Shown: positions 57,268 through 64,000 of the stretch, piece after piece | Layout of the letters: every line of letters begins with the position of its first letter | Numbering within the stretch: position 1 is the stretch's first letter | NCBI GenBank assembly: GCA_004431415.1 | Contig: QPMI01000468.1 | Coordinates: 85,641 to 149,640 of the forward strand | DNA: 64,000 nt | Direction of reading: 5' to 3' | Origin: Cyanophora paradoxa CCMP329 | Taxonomy: Eukaryota; Plantae; Glaucophyta | Translations under genes and position numbers: made by a program | The notes under the pieces: model-generated | Told to the model about the DNA's origin: nothing | The model's database searches: none | Seen by the model: the letters and a program-made list of their open reading frames with translations, nothing else

Positions 57268-60200
57268 ATGGACCTGCCAGGAGCGAAGCGCAGCGCCGGA
57301 GATGCACCCGCGGCCGTGGCCGCCGGCCCTGCGAAGCGCGCCAGGCCGCTACAGGCCGAGCCCCACGTGATTGTGCTGGATCCGGAGGACGAGAGCCCCC
57401 GCGCAAGGCATGCGCCCGATTTCGCTGACCTGCGAACCCCAGCCACTTCGAATGCCGCCACTGCGGCCGACGACGTCGAGGTGCGTCGCCAGGACGCCAG
57501 GCGAATGATCCTTCCAGTCGCCCCGACACGCTCCACGCGGCACAGGTCCTGCAGACGAGGCGAGGGCTCGCTCAGCAGGCCCCACACGCACGAACCCGTG
57601 CGCCCCTCGCGTTCGTTGGCCCGCCAGCGAAACTTCGGCGCTCAGAGCGCGCGTCCTGCCGCAGACTGCCAGGAGTTTCCGCTGCTGCCTCGCGGACACG
57701 CGGGGAACCTGCGGCACTGCTCCTCGTGTCACTGCTTCTGCTGCGACACCCTCGTCTCGCAATGCCGCGACTGGCAGAACCATTGCCACGGTGAGATCGA
57801 ATTGCCTTCGGGTTCGGCGCATGCATTGCCGCCCACCGTGACTCGGCGCGCAGCGAACGACAAGGCAGCGGAGTGGAAGGCCGAGCGCGCGAGGCAGCGG
57901 GCCCTCAGGAACGCTCCTGCCGCCGCGCCGGAAGACCCGCCGGTGCTCCTGGACCGCCGTCCGGCGCAGCCGTACGCGTACGCGGCCCCGCAGCCGCAGC
58001 CGCGGCCGCAGCCGCGGCCGCAGCCGCAGCCGCAGCCGCAGCCGGCCCCGCTCTTCGAGAAGCGGCCGTCGCAGCCGTACTCGATGGTGAACCCGCGCAC
58101 GGCCGCGAGGCGGCGGCCGCGCCGCCCCAGCCTCCCGCGGCTCCAGCCACCCCGGCTCCCGTGCCGCCGCCGGCCAGCGCCAGGGGCGCCGCCTGGGGCC
58201 AGCACCCGCCGGCTCCCGCCCCCGCCCCGCCGGCCGGAGGCGCCGGTCGCCCCGCCGTCGTCCCGACCGGCTTCTCCGCTTCGTCCAGCAGTCGCCCGAT
58301 ACCCCCTGCCGCTGCGGCGAAGCCCGCCCCTGGCGCCGGCTTCATGTCCGGCCGCCCGTCAGCCCCGGCCGCCGCCGCCTCCGCGAATGCGGCGCCACCG
58401 CCCGCCGGCGCTGCCTCCGCCGGAGAACTCGACCTGGCGCACATGCGCGCACGGGTGGAGGCGGCGCGCGCCAGGCTTCACGCTCAGGTGGAGGAGGCGG
58501 CGCGCGCCAGGCTCCACGCACAGGAGGAGGCGTTCCTCGCCCGGGCCCGCGAGCTCGGTCTGCAGCGGGCGAAGAAGGCGGCCGCAATGCTCGTCGCTGC
58601 TCGCCGCGGAAGGCCCGGCCCTTCCGCCTCGTCCTCCTCCTCCTCCGCCGCCCCTGCGGCCTCGGCCGCCGCGCGGCCCCCGGAGTACCAAGAGGACCGC
58701 AACCCTGCCAAGTACGCGGGGTACATCGACTTCTCCGTCGATGTGCGTCCTCTCGTTTTCCCCTACCCCTTTCCGCTCTTCACCTGACCCCGCGCAGCTC
58801 TGCACCATAGCGACTGCGAAGGAGGCGATGAAGAGCATGCCCCCGAACGTTCGCCTCGGCGCCGCGCTCGAGCTCCTGGAGTCGAGGATCGAGGCGACGT
58901 ACCCGAAGTCGAAGTGGAAGCAGCGGGCCAAGGCGCTGGAACACCTCCACGCCCTCGAGGAAGCGACGGAGGTCCGCTCGCCCCCCGAAGCCAGCCGTAC
59001 CCCGTCCTCGTTTCGAATCGCGTACCCCGGCAGCCGCTCCGAATGTACGAGCGGACGTGCCTCACGACTCGCTGCTGCTTCTCGGTCAATGGGAGGATCC
59101 TGCACATCAAAGTACTCGACTTCGATCCTCCCCGGTCTTCGAGCGTGACACCCGCACGCAGGCGCACGTCTATTTCACGGAGCAAATCGGCGGCAAGCGG
59201 TCTTTCGAGCTCGCTTTCGCCCTTCGGTCGCTCGTCCCCTGCATCCCCGCCTCTCCCGCAGGTGCTCCGCTTCTTGTTCAGTGTTCTGCGCTCCATCCTG
59301 ACGCATCGGCGGCAGCCGTCGGGCCCTTCTCGCAGCCGCCAGCCCTGCCGCTCCTCGCCGACCTGCGGCCCCCCGCCCAGAAGCTCTGCTCCGTGTACCC
59401 CTCCCGTGAGCCGGCCTGCCTTCACCCCCCCGCTTCCGCGCTTACCCCGCGCCAGTTGCCGTCCGTGCTCAGGCGCTCGCCGCCGATCACGAACTTCCGC
59501 TGTTCCACATCGACGCCCTGTGCGCTATGCGAGGGGGTACGGTCGTCCTCACTGACTGGGGTACAGGCTGCAATCGGCAGTCTCGGACCTTCGCGGACGC
59601 GAGGAGGCGGACCCCCCCGGCCTTGCCGTCCGGCTGCAGGGCTACCAGCGCCAGGTGCGCCGTACCCCGATTGGTTCCTGTATGTCCGCATGGACCCTGT
59701 ACCCCCGCAGGCCCTGGCGTTTATGCTGGACCGCGAAAGGGCGCCGGCGTCCCTTGCGGAGGAGTGGTGCCTCCGGACCACGGTACCCCCCGCGGCTCGC
59801 CTCGCGTACCCTTCTCTGAGTCGCGCACCCCACCCTGCACGCAGCTCGCGGACGGGCAACGGCTCTTCGTAGACACGTTCAGCGGCCGCTTCGAGCTGGA
59901 GCAGAATGTGCTTACCCCCCGCCGCCCCTGTCTCGGCGAGCCGCTGAGTTCGGGTCCACGCAGGGCGCCTCTGCCTTTCCCCAGACGCGGGGCGGCATCC
60001 TCGCCGAGGAAATGGGGCTCGGCAAGGCGCGTACCTCCCTACCCTCCCTCCTCCCCCCCTCCCCCCCTCCTCTGCCCCCGCGCCCCCTCCGACTCGCCCG
60101 GCAGACCGTCGAGCTGATCGCCCTCCTGCTGGCCACGCTGCCCTCGCCCCGGCCGGCCGCGCCCGTGCCCTCCGCCGCCCCGACGCGCCAGCAGAGGGCC

Positions 60201-63200
60201 CCCTCGCACGGGACCCTCGTCGTCTGCCCTGCCTCCCTGCTGGGCCAGTGGCGCCGCGAGCTGCGCGGGAAGGTCCGCCCGGAGTCGAGCCTGCGCGTCT
60301 ACGAGTACCACACCGGCCGCACCAAGGACCCCGTGCACCTCCTGGGGTACGACGTCGTCCTCACCACGTGAGCCCCGCGCCCCGCACCCCCTCTTTCCCT
60401 CGCCCTGACGCCCGCCCGCCTGCCCCGTGCAGGTACTCGATCCTGAACCGCAAGGAGGAAGGCCCCGACTCGCCCCTGCACCGCATCCGCTGTGCGCCGC
60501 CCTCCTCTCCTCGTACCCCCCGTAACCGACGCGCTCCGCCCCAAGGGCACCGCATCATCCTCGACGAAGGTCCGAGCTCCCGCCCGAGCTCCCGAGCTCC
60601 CCCGCTCGCTCGAATCCCGAGGGGCCGTTGCCTGCAGCGCACTACATCAAGAACGCCTGCGCGACTTCCAAGGCGGTCGAGGGCCTCGCCGCCCCGTACA
60701 AGGCGCCCCCCTTTCTTGTCCTCTCTCTCGCCCCTCGCCTCCCCTGACGGAACGCCGCCGACAGTGGGCCGTCACGGGCACGCCCATCCAGGTGCCCTGT
60801 ACCCCGGCTCCCTCTCCGCCCCCTCGAGCCGAACCGCGCCCCCGCAGACCAAGATCGAAGACCTTCGTGCCATCCTCTCGTTCCTCAACGTGCGACCGGC
60901 GCTGCCCGGCCCCCGCCGGCCCCCCGCCACGCTGCCGGACCGACGGTCCGTCCCCCACGCAGATCGCGCCCTTCGATAGCCCCGCCTTCTTCAAGGAGCA
61001 GATCCAGCACCCGTACGACAACGTCCGCGGCAGGGCGCGCCCCGTCGCTCCCCGCGATCCTCGCGTCCCGCCTGACGCCCCGCCGCGCAGGCCGCCGGCC
61101 GTCTCTGGATGGGCGACGCCCCCCGCTCTGAGGCCGTCGCCTACCTTCGGACCCTCTTCTCGCAGTGCCTCATGCGGCACGTCAAGACCCAGGCGGTCCG
61201 AACCCCGATCCCGCCTCGCCCCTCGGCTGAGGCGCTGATCCCCCCCCAGTACCCCGACGGCCGCCCGCTGCTCGCCCTGCCGGCGCGCACCGACCGGACG
61301 GTCCGCCCCTCGCCCCCATCTCGAGCTCGCCCCCATCGCGAGCTCGCCTACATCTCGAGCGCGCAGGTCTACCTCGACTTCGCGCCGCACGAGCGCGTCC
61401 TCTACGACCACCTCTACGCCCTGCTCAAGGTGCCCGGGCCGCCCGGGCCGCCCTCCGCCCTGCCCCCGCCCCGGCCCGCCCGCCCTCAGCGCCGGCCCGC
61501 AGCCGCTCTTCGCGCGCATCGCGGCGGACGACGCCGTGCTGCGCCGCAACTACATCGCCTTCGCCGCCCTCCTCCGCCCCCTCCGCGCCCTCTGCTCCGT
61601 GCGCTGCGCGCCCCCCGGGGGCTCCCCCTGCTTGTAGCTTGGAGCCCACGTACCCCGGCAGGACTCCGCCCTCCTGGGCCTCGAGTCGTTCCTGGCGGGC
61701 GCCCACGCGGGCAAGGGCCGCTTCCTGGACGAGGACTCGGGGTACGGCATTCTCCTCTGGGGTGCGCATCCCGTTCGACGGTGTACCCCCGCAGAGCCGC
61801 GCAGGCCGTCCCCTTCGAGGAGATCCTCTCCTGGCTCGCCTCCAAGCTCGGTGCGCCGCGCCCCCGTTTCGAACGCGTACCCCGCTCACGGGGGTACAGG
61901 CGGCGACGTGGCGAGGGTGGAGGCGCTCGCGGAGGGCCTTCGGAGCGGCGCCGAGACCTGCGCCGTGCGCCGCTGTACCCCTCCCCTTGAAATTTGCCGA
62001 TGCGCGCACCAGGTCTGCCTGGACGCCGTCACCTCGCCGACCTTCACATCCTGCGGGTGCGCACTCCCGTCTCCGGCCGGAGAAGCGAGTCACGCAGAGC
62101 GGCAGGCACGTCTTCTGCGCGGGGTGCCTGTCGGACCACATCGAGGCGGCCGAGGAGGAGCCCGCGTGCCCCACCTGCCGCGCCCCGTGCGCCCTCACCC
62201 GCCCTCGTCCGCGCCCTCCGGCCCGGCCCGCCTCACCCGCAGCGCAGGCTGAAGAAGAAGGAGACGAAAACCGTCTCCGCAGAGTCGCTGCAGCCGCGCG
62301 GCGCCGGCGAGGCGAGCGCTCTGCCCGACCGCGCGCGCGCCCGGTCTCATGCGAGGGGCCTGAGGCGCGCCGGCAGGAAGCGGCGCAGGGGGCCGCCGGG
62401 CAGCAGATCCCGGAGGCCGTCCGCCGTGCGCCCCCCTCCCTCCCTCTCGCTTCAAATCCCCCGCGCGCCCACGCCCGTCCCGCCCGCCCGCCGCAGAGGC
62501 CCACGCCGTCTGCGCCGCGGAGGGCGCGGTCTCCACCAAGGCGGGCGGACGCCCTCCTCGACGCCGGAGAGCCGCGCGCGCGCCTTCTAATCTTAGCTGC
62601 GGCAGGTGGCGGCGCTGATGGCGGCGCTGGAGGAGATGCGACGGCGCGACGCGACCTCCAAGGCCGTCGTCTTCACGCAGGCCCGCGCGCGCCCCTCCTC
62701 CGCCCCCGCCCTGAGAGGCTGAGGCGCCGCCGGCAGTTCAACGCGACGCTCGAGCGCGTCGTGGGGGCGCTGGGGCGCGGCGGGTTCGGCCACGTTCGCA
62801 TCGACGGCGCCATGGCCGCCGGCCGCGTGCGTCCGCCCCTCTCCCCTCCGCTCCTAGAGGCTAGAGGAGGCGGCTGGAGGGGTCACGGCTAGGCTAGAGG
62901 CTAGACGGGGCGGCTGGAGGGGGCACCGCCCGCTTCGGCGGGCACGCCTAGTGCCTCCACTGCGCTTTCACCTTGAAAACTCGTCCGGCCGCCGGCCGCG
63001 TCCGCCCCCTCCCCTCCCTTCCTCTCCTCCCCCCCACCCCCCCCCCCCCCCCCCCGCCCCCTTCTGACGCGCCCCGCAGCGCGCCCGCGAGCTCGAGAAG
63101 TTCGGTTCGCGTGCCGTGGCCTTTCACCCGCCCTATTTCATCTCTGACGAACGACGAACGCGTGCAGAGACGGACCCTTCGAAGACTGTCTTCGGTGAGG

Positions 63201-63839
63201 GCGGCTCTGTCTCGGCTCCGCCTGCCCGCCCCGCGACCCGCCCCCGCCCCCGCCCCCGCCCGCAGTCCTCTCGATCCGCTCGGGCGCCGTCGGGCTGACC
63301 CTCACTCGGGCCGACCACTGCTTCGTCCTCGAACCCTGCATGAACGGTAGGGGCCTCGGGGGTACCGGTTCCTCTGTCTCTTCGAACTCGAGGCCTCGCA
63401 GCCGGGACGGAGCTGCAGGCGGTCAACCGAATCCACCGCCTGGGCCAGACGCGCCCCGTCAGCATCACGTGCTTCGCCATGCGGGCGCGCCCTGTACCCC
63501 CTGGCCATCCCCCCGTACCCCCGCTCAACCCCCTTCAGAACACGGTGGAGGCTCGGATCCTGGAGGCCCGGGGGGCGGCTTCCCACGAGCAGCATCCATA
63601 CCCCCTCCGTGCGCATTTGTAATAGAAGTGACTCCCTCAGCCTTTTTGATGCGGCGGCGCCGGCAGCCGGGTCGAGCCGGGCGGCGCGGGTGGTGCGTCC
63701 TCCTTCTGAGCCTGCCTCTGCTCTTCTGACCGCGGCCTGCCCCCTCCCTTTTCTTCAGGCTGCCGAGGGCCAGGCGGGGAGCCTGCGGGAGGACCGCCCG
63801 GCGGCCCGCGTCGACGTGTGGCGCCGCATCTTCTCGTGA
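57268..63839 (+). CDS. RAD5/HLTF-type SNF2 helicase with RING finger and N-terminal RIN13-like Cys/His domain
   Basis: YQRQ|ALAFM, GGILAEEMGLGK|T, TLVVCPASLLGQW, W HRIILDE|AHYIKN, WAVTGTPIQ, RING (CAVC..CGHVFCAGC..CPTCR), STK|V, VVFTQ|F, GLTLTRA, QAVNRIHRLGQ. Confidence 0.9.
62911..62987 (-). mobile_element. Second, one-armed copy of the intronic hairpin element
   Basis: Aligns by eye to the reverse complement of 2972-3048 with few differences; lies in a helicase intron, preceded by duplicated GGCTAGAGG fragments. Confidence 0.75.
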
Positions 63840-63890
63840 GGCGCAGCGGGAGCGGCCCCCGCCCCGGCAGCCCCCCTGCCCTCCGACACT

Positions 63891-63970
63891 TGTGAACGAT
63901 GAGAAATTCAACCGAAATTTGCGAACGATGAGAAATTCAACCGACATTTGTGAATGATGAGAACTTCAAC
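63891..63970. repeat. ~29-bp tandem repeat, about three copies
   Basis: TG(T/C)GAA(C/T)GATGAGAA(A/C)TTCAAC units downstream of the helicase stop. Confidence 0.8.
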
Positions 63971-64000
63971 GCGCTCCGCTGATCATGAGCCAGACTCTCA

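Noticed and set aside
47395-58110. Apparent frameshifts (~47405, ~54715, ~58095; also in CPLANE1 and the kinase insert) as pseudogenes or programmed frameshifting
   Set aside because: All lie in GC-rich low-complexity tracts with catalytic motifs intact; assembly indels or unrecognised introns are more likely.
1-64000. Hundreds of long overlapping Arg/Pro/Ala/Gly-rich ORFs on both strands
   Set aside because: Expected from very high GC and few stop codons; real proteins emerge only after splicing.

Overview
A very GC-rich, intron-dense eukaryotic nuclear segment. The ORF track is mostly noise; genes appear only after splicing short (~50-100 nt) introns, many with GC donors. The source looks like a flagellated alga with a primary plastid, most plausibly a glaucophyte such as Cyanophora (inference from an 'AFV...SFYG' transit peptide, cilia genes and intron style). 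About 16 genes were reconstructed by hand: a partial TPR-like gene, CPLANE1/JBTS17, a Rad60/NIP45-type SUMO-like protein, TMEM138, a CBS-domain protein, a Zn-finger/beta-helix protein, an IRE/Rim15-type AGC kinase, a METTL25/RRNAD1 methyltransferase, a small acidic protein, mitochondrial OSCP, a GRAB golgin, WTAP/FIP37, NTPCR, a secreted vanadium-haloperoxidase/PAP2 protein, a hypothetical protein, an STN7-like kinase and a RIN13-like-domain/RAD5-type helicase. Ten of these genes form five tight head-to-head pairs. The 49.8-54 kb spacer holds several TA-flanked MITEs that share one internal layout but each use a different core motif. A separate hairpin element sits in introns of two genes. All family assignments come from motif recognition, not database searches, and splice coordinates are manual.
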